Assembly (NCBI RefSeq): GCF_003428155.1
Contig: NZ_QLIR01000001.1
Coordinates: 1-32,000, forward strand
Origin: Fastidiosibacter lacustris
GTDB lineage: Bacteria; Pseudomonadota; Gammaproteobacteria; Francisellales; Francisellaceae
Direction of reading: 5' to 3'
DNA: 32,000 bases
Shown: positions 1 through 10,240 of the stretch, one piece after another
How positions within the stretch are numbered: position 1 is the stretch's first letter
Layout of the letters: every line of letters begins with the position of its first letter
Notes under the pieces: generated by a model
What the model was told of the DNA's origin: nothing
Databases searched by the model: none
What the model saw: only the letters and a program-made list of their open reading frames with translations
Program-made: the position numbers and the translations under genes

Positions 1-67
1 GCTTTTTTACACCTGTTAAACGACGAAACTCATCTGCTGCTAACTTGTTTATCGTTTCCCATCTCAT
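1..67 (-). mobile_element. N-terminal edge of an IS5-like (DDE) transposase, cut by the window edge
   Basis: Reverse complement from ATG at 67 reads MRWETINKLAADEFRRLTGVKK, resembling the 'eFrrLTGVkk..F' N-terminus of IS5-group transposases; only 22 codons are visible. Confidence 0.4.
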
Positions 68-313
68 TGATCATATCCACCTTTAATTTTTAAATAGCTA
101 TTTTGCTAGATTAAATACGGTTTGGAAGGAACTCTAATTTTCTTCAAGAAAAAACTGGTATTCAAATAGTCAGTAAGGTACAAGCCACCTCAGGTTTGAT
201 GGTTCATATTTTTGGGCGAATAGCTGCTGCATTTAGGTTGTTATATGAAAAATTCAATCTCACTGCTTAAAGGGGAACCCTTGATTCGCATTTTACACAT
301 TACATTAAGTGCA

Positions 314-1198
314 TTAAGATAGTGAGGCTTCTTCTGTGTATAGTTTGTGGTGAGTTGCCTGAAAAAGAAAATCAGTGCAAAGCTCATTTTTCAGCCAGAC
401 TTGTCCACCTATATCAAGCAAATGCATAACTTTATTTTCTATTTCCTGATAATAATTAATAATTTGTCTTTTTTCTTCTTCGGTCAAAAGTTCTGTAGCA
501 ATAAGCTTTTTACAATATGGCATAAGGGTTAGCGTTTCAAAACAATAAAATGGTTCAGATGTAAAATTCTGTTCCTTTTTTTCATGCTTTACCTCAGCGA
601 CTAAGCAAAGATTCTCGATACGAATCCCATATTCACCCTCTATGTATAGTCCAGGCTCATTGCTGACAATCATTCCTGGTTGTAAAGGAACACCTGAGGG
701 GGCTTTTGAAATTTTTTGCGGTCCTTCATGTACGCATAATGAACTACCAACTCCATGACCTGTACCATGTTGGTAGTCTAATCCTTCTTCCCATAAATAC
801 ATTCTGGCAAAGGCATCTAAGTGCTCTCCACAGGTTCCTTTTGGAAATTTAGCACGACCAAGTGCGAGATGACCTTTTAATACCAAAGTATAATGTTGCT
901 TTTGCCTTGCCGTTGGTTTCCCTAAGTGAATTGTGCGCGTAACATCAGTTGTGCTTTCTAAATATTGAGTTCCAGAGTCAAATAAGTAAAGGCTGGAATC
1001 CGCAATTGTTTTATTGGTTTCCGGGGTAGGATCATAATGAATAACAGCACCATTGCTGCCAAAAGCACTTTTTGTTTCAAAGCTAAGATCAAGTGCATTT
1101 GGCATTTGCAAACGCAAGTTTTTTAATTTATCCGCGGCTTCTATTTCTGTTATCCCCTGCCGCCAATTTTCTGTAAGCCAATGCATAAAATTAATCAA
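314..1198 (-). pseudogene. C-terminal catalytic (M24 pita-bread) part of Xaa-Pro aminopeptidase, N-terminal domains missing
   Basis: Contains M24 motifs (DSGTQYLESTTDVTRT, GTGHGVGSSLCVHEGP, GMIVSNEPGLY, GIRIENL). The family normally has N-terminal creatinase domains, and an MFS fragment lies immediately upstream instead. Confidence 0.75.
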
Positions 1199-1397
1199 AG
1201 CAACAGATACTTAAAATTATCGATATAAACGTCGCTACGCTCAAAATAAAACCCGTGGCAAGAATTGATAGTTCAAACTTCTGATAAAAAATAACTGCCA
1301 TAAATGGCCACAACATAAAATAAACTGTCCATATTATGACACCACCAAATAAGACTATATGAATTACGCTAGGCATTTTCCTTAAAATAAAAAACAT
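1191..1397 (-). pseudogene. N-terminal fragment of an MFS transporter
   Basis: 68 aa: MPSVIHIVLFGG..YFMLWPFMAVIFYQKFELS, typical of MFS TM1 and then truncated. Confidence 0.55.
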
Positions 1398-1475
1398 GTA
1401 ATCCTCTCTTTCCAGTCAAAATTTGAAGTTTAAATTTATCAACCTGATTATTGCTATTTTGCAAACTCTAAAAAT

Positions 1476-1751
1476 TCAGTAAGAGGTATAATTTGTGATC
1501 AAGCCTGAAGTTAGTTTACATGCGGTTTTGCGTTTAAAATCCATGTTAAAAAAATCAGTTAATCCTTCATAGGCTCTCTGTATGATTTTTTTGTCAATGC
1601 CATGCCCAGTAATCACAAAAAAACCTATCTCTTTGCATGCTTTATCAATTTCTATAACGGCATTATTAATTGCTTGCTGTGAGCCTAACCGTACTTCTGA
1701 CAATTCAATAACAGGAATTTTATTCATCTTCAAGTCATCCTTTGTTTGCAA
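1476..1751 (-). pseudogene. N-terminal fragment of a 2OG-Fe(II) / isopenicillin N synthase-like oxygenase
   Basis: 91 aa: IPVIELS...AVIEIDKACKEIGFFVITGHGID, the DIOX_N signature; the catalytic C-terminal part is absent. Confidence 0.6.
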
Positions 1752-1989
1752 TTCATAAAACTTTGATGCGGAAGACTTATCATTTCCCCCTCGACCTCAA
1801 TCACATTCTAAACGTCACTGAAAGCTGATTGCAATACTTTTCTTACAAAATTTTACATATTTTGTATCTAATCTATGGAGTAATTAAAACTCAAGCAATT
1901 TTTGCAATTTTTCTTTATGGTAATAGTCGGTGTCTTGAATATAATGCTAACCTCCACAAGATTATAATATATAACCCCAAGGAAATTAC

Positions 1990-2377
1990 ATGAAACGCAC
2001 ATTATTAAAATCTAAAATTCATATGGCAACGGTGACTGAAGCTAACTTACGTTATTATGGTGCTCAATTAGTATCGATAGAGAGTTGTGCAAACAGGCTA
2101 ACCTAATTCCATTTGAACGCGTAGAGATTTATAACTGTAACAATGGTGCACGTTTTGCGACCTATGTTATTCTTGGTGACAAAGGGGAAATTTGTCTAAA
2201 TGGTGCAGCAGCACGTCATGTTGCCAAGGGGGATACAGTTATCATTGCCTCATATGCCCCGAATACGAAGAACAAGAATTAATACATCATAATCCTTATC
2301 TGGTCTTTGTTAATAAGCAAAATGCGTTAATTGAGATTAAGAGATATTTAGACTCATCGATTAATCATCCTTTCTGA
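1990..2377 (+). pseudogene. panD: Aspartate 1-decarboxylase, disrupted by two frameshifts
   Basis: Three frames together give [24 protein letters not shown] / [58 protein letters not shown] / [17 protein letters not shown], the PanD sequence spread over frames 1, 0 and 2. Confidence 0.85.
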
Positions 2378-2528
2378 CATTAAACGTCAACTATAATCAG
2401 ACCCAGTGCTTGATTTAAAGCTTGATTTTGTTTTTCACTTTTTCATCTTTTGTTCCTAGATTATAAGTTTTAGCCAGCATGACCTATGAACGAATTTACA
2501 CAGTTATTTTATCCCTTCCCCAGGGTTG

Positions 2529-2804
2529 TCACTTATTTAACAATGCTTCAAGTTGCTGAATTTTTTCTCTTAATTGTAAGATAATTGAAATACCCGAGGC
2601 ATTTACACCTAGGTCATAAGCAAGACGCATAGCAGACTTTGCTCGCACAATATCCGATGCTGCAATGTAATAAATATCTTGCTTATGCTCAGCATAAATC
2701 ACTTCATGCTCAATCCACTCCACAATAATCGCTTGTGGAACACATAGCAATTTTGACAGTTCAACAACAGTAATATATTGGCTTTCTGATATGATTTCAC
2801 TCAT
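2529..2804 (-). CDS. cbpM: Chaperone modulator CbpM (MerR-like)
   Basis: 91 aa, ITVVELSKLLCVPQAIIVEWIEHEVI..., ending in a coiled coil; directly downstream of the cbpA-like gene. Confidence 0.75.
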   Translation of the reverse strand: MSEIISESQYITVVELSKLLCVPQAIIVEWIEHEVIYAEHKQDIYYIAASDIVRAKSAMRLAYDLGVNASGISIILQLREKIQQLEALLNK

Positions 2805-2808
2805 TACG

Positions 2809-3741
2809 TTATACTCCTAGCAGATCTTTACGTGGGTTAAATGCCATCTCCTTCTTCATTTTTTCATAGAAAGCTTTTTGAGTTTCAGAAACAGCTGGTG
2901 GCAAAATTACTTCCAACACTACATAATAATCACCATTTATTAATCCCTTCCCTTTTAATCGCATCTTTTTACCACTTTGAGTATGTGCTGGGACTGTCAA
3001 TTTCATTTTGCCATGTGGCGTTGAAATGGTAATATCCGCACCCAAAGCAGCTTCCCACGGTGCAATTGGAATATGACTGTAAATATCGTTACCAACAACC
3101 TTATATTGCTGATCTGAACGCACAATAATCTCTATGTATAAATCACCGTTATGTCCTTTACCAATCCCTGCTTCTCCTTGACCTTTTAAGCGAATTTGCT
3201 GATGGTTTCCCACATATTTAGGAATTTTAACTTTAAGTTTTTTACTTTTTTGAACGACGCTTCCACGCTCATCTAAAGCCTGGTAAACAAAATGAAGTTC
3301 ACGTTCAACACCGACTAACGCATCTTGGATAGAAATCTCAACCTTAGTGTGTAGATCTTGCCCATCGATATCAAATCCTGTATTTTGATGGCGATGTGAG
3401 CGTTGCTGGCGGAAAAATTCACCAAATATATCTTCATAACTGCCAAAACCTTCCGAACCATGAGAGTAATGGCGATAAGCACCATCATGTGCATATTGAT
3501 TATCAAATTCACCTTTTTCTGCATGCTGCCAATTGCCATCATATTCATCATATAGCTTACGTTTTTTGCTGTCCTTTAACACTTCGTATGCATCTTGAAC
3601 TTCTTTAAACTTTTCTTCAGCATTGGTTTCAGTACTAACGTCTGGGTGATACTTTTTAGCCAACCTTCGATAGGCTTTTTTGATTTCAGCATCACTGGCA
3701 TTTTTATCAATACCTAAGATACTATAATAATTTTTTTCCAT
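2809..3741 (-). CDS. cbpA: DnaJ-class curved-DNA-binding co-chaperone
   Basis: J-domain [31 protein letters not shown], no Cys-rich zinc finger, C-terminal DnaJ_C domain. Confidence 0.9.
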   Translation of the reverse strand: MEKNYYSILGIDKNASDAEIKKAYRRLAKKYHPDVSTETNAEEKFKEVQDAYEVLKDSKKRKLYDEYDGNWQHAEKGEFDNQYAHDGAYRHYSHGSEGFGSYEDIFGEFFRQQRSHRHQNTGFDIDGQDLHTKVEISIQDALVGVERELHFVYQALDERGSVVQKSKKLKVKIPKYVGNHQQIRLKGQGEAGIGKGHNGDLYIEIIVRSDQQYKVVGNDIYSHIPIAPWEAALGADITISTPHGKMKLTVPAHTQSGKKMRLKGKGLINGDYYVVLEVILPPAVSETQKAFYEKMKKEMAFNPRKDLLGV

Positions 3742-3823
3742 TTATTGTCCTTAATTCTAAATAGCAAGTCTCACACTTTTGACTGTGATAATGACGAATA
3801 ACTCCACCTTGATCTTAAGTAAT

Positions 3824-4291
3824 CTAATTTAGTCCTCTAAGGTACTCTAATACTTCCTCAACATGTCCTAGGACTGAAACCTTACGCCATTCTTTTATTA
3901 ATTTGACTTCGGGATTGATAATAAAAGTACTACGTTCAATGCCCATATATTTTTTGCCAAACATGCTTTTTTCTTTAAGCACCTCAAAGGCATTACATAA
4001 TATCATGTCTGTATCTGCTATTAATTCAAATGGCATATGATGCTTTGCCTTGAATTTTTCATGTGAGTTCAAAGTATCTTTTGAAACACCAAATATCACA
4101 GCATTGGCTTTAGCAAAATCTTCGCTGTGATTCTTAAATCCAACGCTTTCGATTGTGCAACCTGGGGTGCTGTCTTTAGGGTAAAAGTATAGTATGACAT
4201 ACTTGCCTTTGTAGTCATTTAACTTAAATGTTTTACCAGATGTTGTTGCTACTTGAGGTAACGTTACTTTATTGCCAACTTGAAAAGTCAT
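3824..4291 (-). CDS. bcp: Thioredoxin-dependent peroxiredoxin (BCP/PrxQ)
   Basis: 155 aa with KYVILYFYPKDSTPGCTIE. Confidence 0.93.
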   Translation of the reverse strand: MTFQVGNKVTLPQVATTSGKTFKLNDYKGKYVILYFYPKDSTPGCTIESVGFKNHSEDFAKANAVIFGVSKDTLNSHEKFKAKHHMPFELIADTDMILCNAFEVLKEKSMFGKKYMGIERSTFIINPEVKLIKEWRKVSVLGHVEEVLEYLRGLN

Positions 4292-4372
4292 TGTCTATAC
4301 TCCTTAACTTCGATTATTATATACTTCTTATTAAATATGCTTACTTTAACAAAACCTAATAAGAGATAAAGC

Positions 4373-4909
4373 ATGTCACAACAAAAAACCAATCACTTAA
4401 ATCCGATTAAATCAGCTAAAGAGAACCTTGTAATCGACAAAACCTTTGTTTTTTCAAACTTAGATACACTTCATGATTGCGTCATAAAGGGTGAATATAG
4501 CTTTCACTTTAGTGGCAACTTTAGCTGTCAGCATGAAAAAACGTTGTTAGATGGGAAAGTCACAGGTAACGTTGAGCTTATCTGTCAGCGCACACTTGAG
4601 CCATTTACCTTCAATATAGAAAGTGACATTAAACTTGGTTTTGTTACTGATGATCGCTTCTTTAAAAACTTTCCTGATGACTACGAACCCTATATCTATA
4701 AAGATAACCAAATTGATTTAACTCATCTGATCGAAGAGGAAGTTCTGTTGTGTATTCCAATGATTCCAAAAAAAGAACGAAATGATTGTCAAGTTGAACA
4801 AAATACGCCATACTGTGGCGTTCTTGAAACTGGTGATACTGAAAAGCAGGACAAACACAACCCGTTTGCTGCTTTAAAAGAGCTAAAGTTTAATAAAAAA
4901 TTAAAGTAG
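4373..4909 (+). CDS. yceD: YceD family protein (DUF177)
   Basis: 178 aa, C-terminal DLTHLIEEEVLLCIPMIPKKE, immediately upstream of rpmF. Confidence 0.85.
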   Translation: MSQQKTNHLNPIKSAKENLVIDKTFVFSNLDTLHDCVIKGEYSFHFSGNFSCQHEKTLLDGKVTGNVELICQRTLEPFTFNIESDIKLGFVTDDRFFKNFPDDYEPYIYKDNQIDLTHLIEEEVLLCIPMIPKKERNDCQVEQNTPYCGVLETGDTEKQDKHNPFAALKELKFNKKLK

Positions 4910-4934
4910 AAAGTAGTGTAATAGGAGAATAATA

Positions 4935-5120
4935 ATGGCTGTACAGCAAACCAGAAAAAGTCGCTCAAAAAGAGATATGCGTCGCTCTCATGATGCATTA
5001 ACTGCTGCTGCGCTTTCAACTGATAAAACTTCGGGTGAAGTTCACTTGCGTCATCACGTAAGTGCAAACGGTTACTATAAAGGAAAGAAAGTAGTTGCCG
5101 TTGCATCTGATGATGAATAG
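4935..5120 (+). CDS. rpmF: 50S ribosomal protein L32
   Basis: [22 protein letters not shown]...[21 protein letters not shown]. Confidence 0.97.
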   Translation: MAVQQTRKSRSKRDMRRSHDALTAAALSTDKTSGEVHLRHHVSANGYYKGKKVVAVASDDE

Positions 5121-5157
5121 AATGAGTGCACGATAAGGCAATTATTCTAAATATACT

Positions 5158-6210
5158 GTGAGCACCGCAATTTCATATAAAATTTCTGTTGATGCTATGG
5201 GTGGTGACCATGGCTTAAAAACCACCATACCTGCGTGCATATCTGCATTGAACAAATATTCCAATCTGCATATTTCTATAGTTGGGATCTCTGACCAAAT
5301 TGAGCAAGCACTAAGTGCATCTAAAAACCGCTATGATGCTAGTCGCTTAACGGTTGTTCATGCTAGTGAAATCGTTGAAATGGATGAATCCCCTGCTTTA
5401 GTATTACGTAATAAAAAGGATTCTTCGATGCGAGTAGCCATTAACCTTGTCAAAAATCATGATGTCGATGCTTGTGTCAGTGCTGGTAATACAGGGGCAT
5501 TAATGGCAACTTCTAAATTTGTATTAAAAACACTAAACGACATTGATCGCCCCGCCATCGTTTATGCTATTCCATCCTTAGATCGAAAAACTAAGAAAAT
5601 GGATCCAGCATACATGCTTGATTTGGGGGCAAATGTGAATTGTTCCTCTGAACAACTGTTTCAATTTGGCATTATGGGCTCGGTACTTGCTGCCAATTTA
5701 AAAGGCAAAGAACGACCTCGCGTTGCTTTGCTAAATATTGGTGAAGAAGAAATGAAAGGTTTAGATAGCATTAAGCAAGCTGCTAAAATGCTCCAAAATT
5801 GTGATCACATTAATTATATCGGTTATGTTGAAGGCAACGATATTTTTTCAGCAAAGGCAGATGTTATTGTATGTGATGGTTTTGCTGGTAATATCGCCTT
5901 AAAAACTATGGAGGGCACTGCTAGAATCATAGCCGACATGCTAAAAGACAGCTTCACTAGCAGTATATTTTCTAAGCTTGCGATGCTTATTAGTGCATCG
6001 GTGCTTAAAAGCCTAAAAAGCAAACTTGATACAAATCAATATAACGGTGCATCTTTATTAGGGTTACGTGGGATTGTGATCAAAAGTCACGGGGGTGCTT
6101 CTGCAGAAGCCTTTGAAACTGCAATCTATGAAGCGATTAAAGAAATCAAATTTAATATTCCACAAAAAACACAGTCGCACATTGAGCGAATAATGCAATC
6201 AGAAGGTTAA
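5158..6210 (+). CDS. plsX: Phosphate acyltransferase PlsX
   Basis: VDAMGGDHG, GANVNCSSEQLFQFGIMG, IYEAIKEIK; GTG start; conserved position after rpmF. Confidence 0.95.
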   Translation: MSTAISYKISVDAMGGDHGLKTTIPACISALNKYSNLHISIVGISDQIEQALSASKNRYDASRLTVVHASEIVEMDESPALVLRNKKDSSMRVAINLVKNHDVDACVSAGNTGALMATSKFVLKTLNDIDRPAIVYAIPSLDRKTKKMDPAYMLDLGANVNCSSEQLFQFGIMGSVLAANLKGKERPRVALLNIGEEEMKGLDSIKQAAKMLQNCDHINYIGYVEGNDIFSAKADVIVCDGFAGNIALKTMEGTARIIADMLKDSFTSSIFSKLAMLISASVLKSLKSKLDTNQYNGASLLGLRGIVIKSHGGASAEAFETAIYEAIKEIKFNIPQKTQSHIERIMQSEG

Positions 6211-6215
6211 AGGAT

Positions 6216-7181
6216 ATGTTTGCAAAAATCATTGGCACAGGCAGTTATCTACCACAAATGATCTTGCGCAACGGTGAGATTGCCAAAATGGTCGATACAT
6301 CAGATGAGTGGATTAGACAACGTGTTGGTATTAAAGAACGTCATATTGCTGATGAAACAGAAACCACATCCTTTATGGCAATTGAAGCTGCACGGCATGC
6401 ATTGACAAGTGCTCACTTAACAGCAAACGACATTGATCTCATTATCGTTGCAACAGGTACAGCCGACTACATTATGCCTTCAACTGCCAGTATTGTTCAA
6501 ATGAAACTTCATACCCCTAACTGTCCTGCTTTTGATATTTCTGCTGCCTGTAGTGGTTTTGTTTATGCGGTAGATATCGCCAAACAATATATTGAAAATG
6601 GAAGCAGCAAAAATGCACTTGTGATTGCATCAGAGCGTATGTCACGCACTTTAAACTGGCAGGATCGCTCTACATGTGTGTTGTTTGGTGATGGTGCAGG
6701 CGCAATTGTGCTTACACAAAGCAAAACACCTGGAATTATTGCATCGGTGCTTCATACCGATGGTCAAGGCAAAGATATTTTAAACATTCCTGGTCTTCTT
6801 CCTAAAAATGCTTTTGATGGCGTAAAACTTGAACAAAAACTCTATATGGAAGGTAACAAGGTTTTTAAAAAAGCGGTATCTGCATTAAGCGAACTGGTAA
6901 ATGAGCTGCTACATGAGGCCAAATTAAGTTCCCATGAAATCGACTGGTTGGTACCGCACCAAGCAAACTATCGTATCCTTGAAGCAACAGCAAAAAAACT
7001 TAACATGCCTATGTCTCAAGTCGTGCTTACCCTGCAAAACCATGGCAATACATCCGCAGCCTCCATTCCGTTAGCGCTTGATTATGCAATACGTAATAAC
7101 ACGATTAAACCAGGGCAAACCATTCTCACGGAAGCTTTTGGAGCAGGTTTAGTATGGGGAGGTTTTATAGCAAAATTATAA
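6216..7181 (+). CDS. fabH: Beta-ketoacyl-ACP synthase III
   Basis: DISAACSGFVYA (active Cys), VPHQANYRI (His), NHGNTSAASIPLAL (Asn). Confidence 0.97.
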   Translation: MFAKIIGTGSYLPQMILRNGEIAKMVDTSDEWIRQRVGIKERHIADETETTSFMAIEAARHALTSAHLTANDIDLIIVATGTADYIMPSTASIVQMKLHTPNCPAFDISAACSGFVYAVDIAKQYIENGSSKNALVIASERMSRTLNWQDRSTCVLFGDGAGAIVLTQSKTPGIIASVLHTDGQGKDILNIPGLLPKNAFDGVKLEQKLYMEGNKVFKKAVSALSELVNELLHEAKLSSHEIDWLVPHQANYRILEATAKKLNMPMSQVVLTLQNHGNTSAASIPLALDYAIRNNTIKPGQTILTEAFGAGLVWGGFIAKL

Positions 7182-7431
7182 ATCTTCCCTCAACGACTTT
7201 CTTTACAAGAAGACATTGAAAAAGATCTTGCTATGGTTTAGCTTTTAGAACGTTTCAGCGTAATTATCGCAATGTTTTTAGCAGTAGGATTGTTGGCTTG
7301 CTTAAGTGATGAATTATCAAAACATCTTTCTGTTAACACATATCATTCCTCCACCGAAATTTTTATCTACACGTACTACACTTCAGGGTCATAAAAGTAA
7401 TTACTTTGTGTGCTACTTAATCAAAACCTAC

Positions 7432-7460
7432 TTGCCTTTGTATCTTATCAGCTTTACAAT
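7432..7460 (+). promoter_or_regulatory. Predicted sigma70-type promoter of ssrA
   Basis: TTGCCT (7432-7437), 17-nt spacer, TACAAT (7455-7460), ending 12 nt before the mature tmRNA 5' end. Confidence 0.55.
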
Positions 7461-7472
7461 GACAGTGTCACT

Positions 7473-7882
7473 GGGGGCGAATATGGCTTCGACGGGAATG
7501 TCAAGGTCTTACGGTGCATGCCGAGGGTGTATCTGCCTCGTAAAACACGTTATATCGTCAGAATAACTGGCAACAATAAAAAAGCTCGCGTTGTGGCTAA
7601 CGACAGCATTTTCGCTGTTCGTAAAGCTGCTTAATCTAGTTTAAAACCCTAGATACGCACGAACCGATAGTATTTGCTTGTGGATCTATCTTACGTTCGT
7701 TCATATTGACATAAGCTAGCTAAAGTGTCCGTCTGAACACTGATGTTAAATTCTAAGACTCGCTGGTTTCATACCCTGATTTATCGGGTAGACTCAAGTT
7801 AAACATAATAGATAAATCTAAGCATGTAGATCTGAAGATTGCGAGTTTACGGACGCGGGTTCAACTCCCGCCGCCTCCACCA
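7473..7882 (+). ncRNA. ssrA: Transfer-messenger RNA (tmRNA)
   Basis: 5' GGGGGCGAATATGGCTTCGACGGG and 3' GGACGCGGGTTCAACTCCCGCCGCCTCCACCA form the tRNA-like domain, with GGGGGCG pairing to CGCCUCC. Tag ORF GCT..TAA at 7596-7634 encodes ANDSIFAVRKAA. Confidence 0.96.
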
Positions 7883-7890
7883 TTTTGAAA

Positions 7891-7945
7891 AAGAAAACCC
7901 GTCAATCCAGAGACATTCTCTGAGTAGGCGGGTTTTCTTTTTTCC
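7891..7945 (+). terminator. Rho-independent terminator downstream of ssrA
   Basis: Perfect 11-bp inverted repeat AAGAAAACCCG (7891-7901) / CGGGTTTTCTT (7929-7939) followed by T-rich sequence. Confidence 0.85.
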
Positions 7946-8393
7946 CTTGTTTCTAAATGGTTTGCGCCCGTTTCACATCTTTCCAAATCACCTCTCCGCA
8001 CCATCTATTCTCCCCATCTTCCAGCCTTTCTTTCTCTGTTTGACCACTGATTCTCTGTTTTCTTCGGACCAAGTCTGAAATACGTCACTTACAACGGTAG
8101 CATATACAATACCATCGATCTGTTTCGTTGCCTCGGACCAACTACTGCGCTAAGCCTCATAATTCGCCTTAATCGACTTTGCCATGCCCATACTTACGCA
8201 AAAAGAGTTGCCAGTGGTCAGTGGTTACGCCCGTGAGCATGCTTTTGCGGCCTTATCCGGACGAAAGCGTTTGACAATCGGCCCCTGCCTAAATATATTA
8301 AAGGGCATTTTAACTTGGGGAAGCTCCGCCCAGCATCCCCATTATCACCTCTGGCGTGGCAAGAAAACCAATCGCCCTTGAGGAGTCGGAGAT

Positions 8394-8609
8394 ATGACCG
8401 AGATAGAAGACCGCTGGTTATCAGTAGACGAGATAGGCAAGTACCTCGGTGTCAGCAGTGACACCGTTTACCGCTGGATCGACAAGCATGCGATGCCCGC
8501 CCATCGCATGGGTCGTCTTTGGAAGTTCAAAAAGGATCAGGTCGATGCCTGGGTCGAGGCTGGTGGCGCCAGTTCCACGCAAGACAAGTTGGAAGATAAA
8601 AACAATTAA
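8394..8609 (+). CDS. Excisionase-type helix-turn-helix (HTH_17) DNA-binding protein, possible operon regulator
   Basis: RWLSVDEIGKYLGVSSDTVYRWIDKHAMPAHRMGRLWKFKKDQVDAWV. Confidence 0.85.
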   Translation: MTEIEDRWLSVDEIGKYLGVSSDTVYRWIDKHAMPAHRMGRLWKFKKDQVDAWVEAGGASSTQDKLEDKNN

Positions 8610-8613
8610 CCAA

Positions 8614-8646
8614 CCTGCCTGGGCCAAGCGTAGCACGGCAGGCAGG
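8614..8646. repeat. Inverted repeat between the HTH gene and hsdM
   Basis: CCTGCCTG (8614-8621) and CAGGCAGG (8639-8646), 17-nt loop. Confidence 0.6.
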
Positions 8647-8663
8647 CTCGGTGAGGATTTATA

Positions 8664-10240
8664 ATGGCGAAGAAAGCGATTAATAACAAAAAACAAAAGA
8701 GCTTTGAGGAAACCCTTTGGGATTCCGCGAACAAGCTGCGCGGCAGTGTTGAACCTTCAGAATATAAGCATGTGGTGCTGAGTTTGATTTTTCTCAAGTT
8801 CGCATCGGATAAATTTGAAGAACGCATGCAGGAATTGATTGATGAAGGTCAAGGCGACTATGTGGGTATGGTGGAATTCTATACCATGAAAAACGTCTTC
8901 TATCTGCCGAAGAGACCCGCTGGAGCTTTATCAAGCAACACGCAAAACAAGATGATGTTGCCCTGAAAATTGATAGCGCCCTGTTCTCAATTGAGAAAGT
9001 TAACAAGTCCTTAAAAGGAGCATTACCAGATAACTATTTCTCTCGCCTAAATCTAGATGTTAGCAAACTGGCTGCTCTCATTGACACAATCAACAATATC
9101 AATACGCTTGCTGACAAGTCGCAGGATATTGTCGGACGGGTTTATGAGTATTTCCTGAGTAAATTTGCTCTCGCCGAAGGCAAAGGCAAGGGAGAGTTCT
9201 ATACCCCCAAAAGCATAGTAAATTTGATTGCAGAAATGATTGAGCCCTACAAAGGCAAGATTTATGACCCCTGCTGCGGTTCGGGCGGTATGTTCGTCCA
9301 GTCCATGAAATTTATAGAAAACCACCAAGGAAACAAAAAAGACATCTCCATTTACGGACAGGAATATACTGGAGCCACCTATAAGCTGGCCAAGATGAAT
9401 CTGGCTATCCGTGGCATTGCCGCCAACCTTGGTGAAGTTGCCGCAAGCACCTTTTCACGTGACCAGCACAAAGACTTAAAAGCTGATTACATCATGGCCA
9501 ATCCGCCGTTCAACCAGAAGGATTGGCGTGCATCCGATGAGCTGACCGATGATTCACGCTGGTCAGGCTATGACGTTCCGCCAACTAGCAACGCCAACTA
9601 CGGCTGGATTCTGCACATGGCGTCCAAGTTATCAGAAAACGGCGTGGCCGGATTCATTCTGGCAAACGGCGCTCTCTCCGGCGACAACACAGAGAAAGAA
9701 ATCCGCAAGAAGATGATTAAGAATCACCTTGTGGAAGCGGTGATCATCCTGCCACGAAACATGTTCTACACCACTGATATCAGTGTGACGCTCTGGATCT
9801 TGAACAAAAATAAAAAGACCAGAACTGTTGAGCATGGCGACATTTCCCGCCACTACCGCGACCGTGAAGATGAGATTTTGTTTATGGATCTGCGTGAGAT
9901 TGGCGAGCCGTTTGAAAAGAAATTTATACAGTTTTCAGATGAGCATATACAGAAAATTTCCAGCACCTATCACACATGGCAGCAAACTCTCGCTGAGACG
10001 GAATACAAAAATATTCCTGAATACTGCTATTCAGCGAGTCTCGATGAGATCAGAACCAAGGACTATTCCCTCGTGCCAAGTAAATATATCGAGTTTGTAA
10101 ATCGGGACGAGAATATCGATTTCGATGAAAAAATGGCTGGCCTGCAGACGGAATTTACAGATTTATTGAAAGCAGAAGAAGCGTCAAAAAATGAACTGCT
10201 GAATGTATTCAGGGAGCTGGGATATGAGATCAAGCTATAA
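8664..10240 (+). pseudogene. hsdM: Type I restriction-modification DNA methyltransferase HsdM with a single frameshift near 8909-8912
   Basis: Frame 8664-8966 gives SFEETLWDSANKLRGSVEPSEYKHVVLSLIFLKFASDKF...NVFYLP. The other frame, open from about 8912, continues ETRWSFIKQHAKQDDVALKIDSAL...GEFYTPKSIVNLI...DPCCGSGGMFVQ...NPPFN. Confidence 0.85.

Noticed and set aside
7410-7634. 74-aa ORF ending ANDSIFAVRKAA
   Set aside because: It covers the tmRNA body; only the tag codons 7596-7634 are meaningful.
7839-8078. 79-aa plus-strand ORF MRVYGRGFNSRRLHHFEKEN...
   Set aside because: Its start is translation through the tmRNA tRNA-like end and terminator; there is no protein family signal.
8184-8381. 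65-aa ORF before the HTH gene, considered as an integrase remnant or small defence protein
   Set aside because: No recognisable integrase or other motif; insufficient support.
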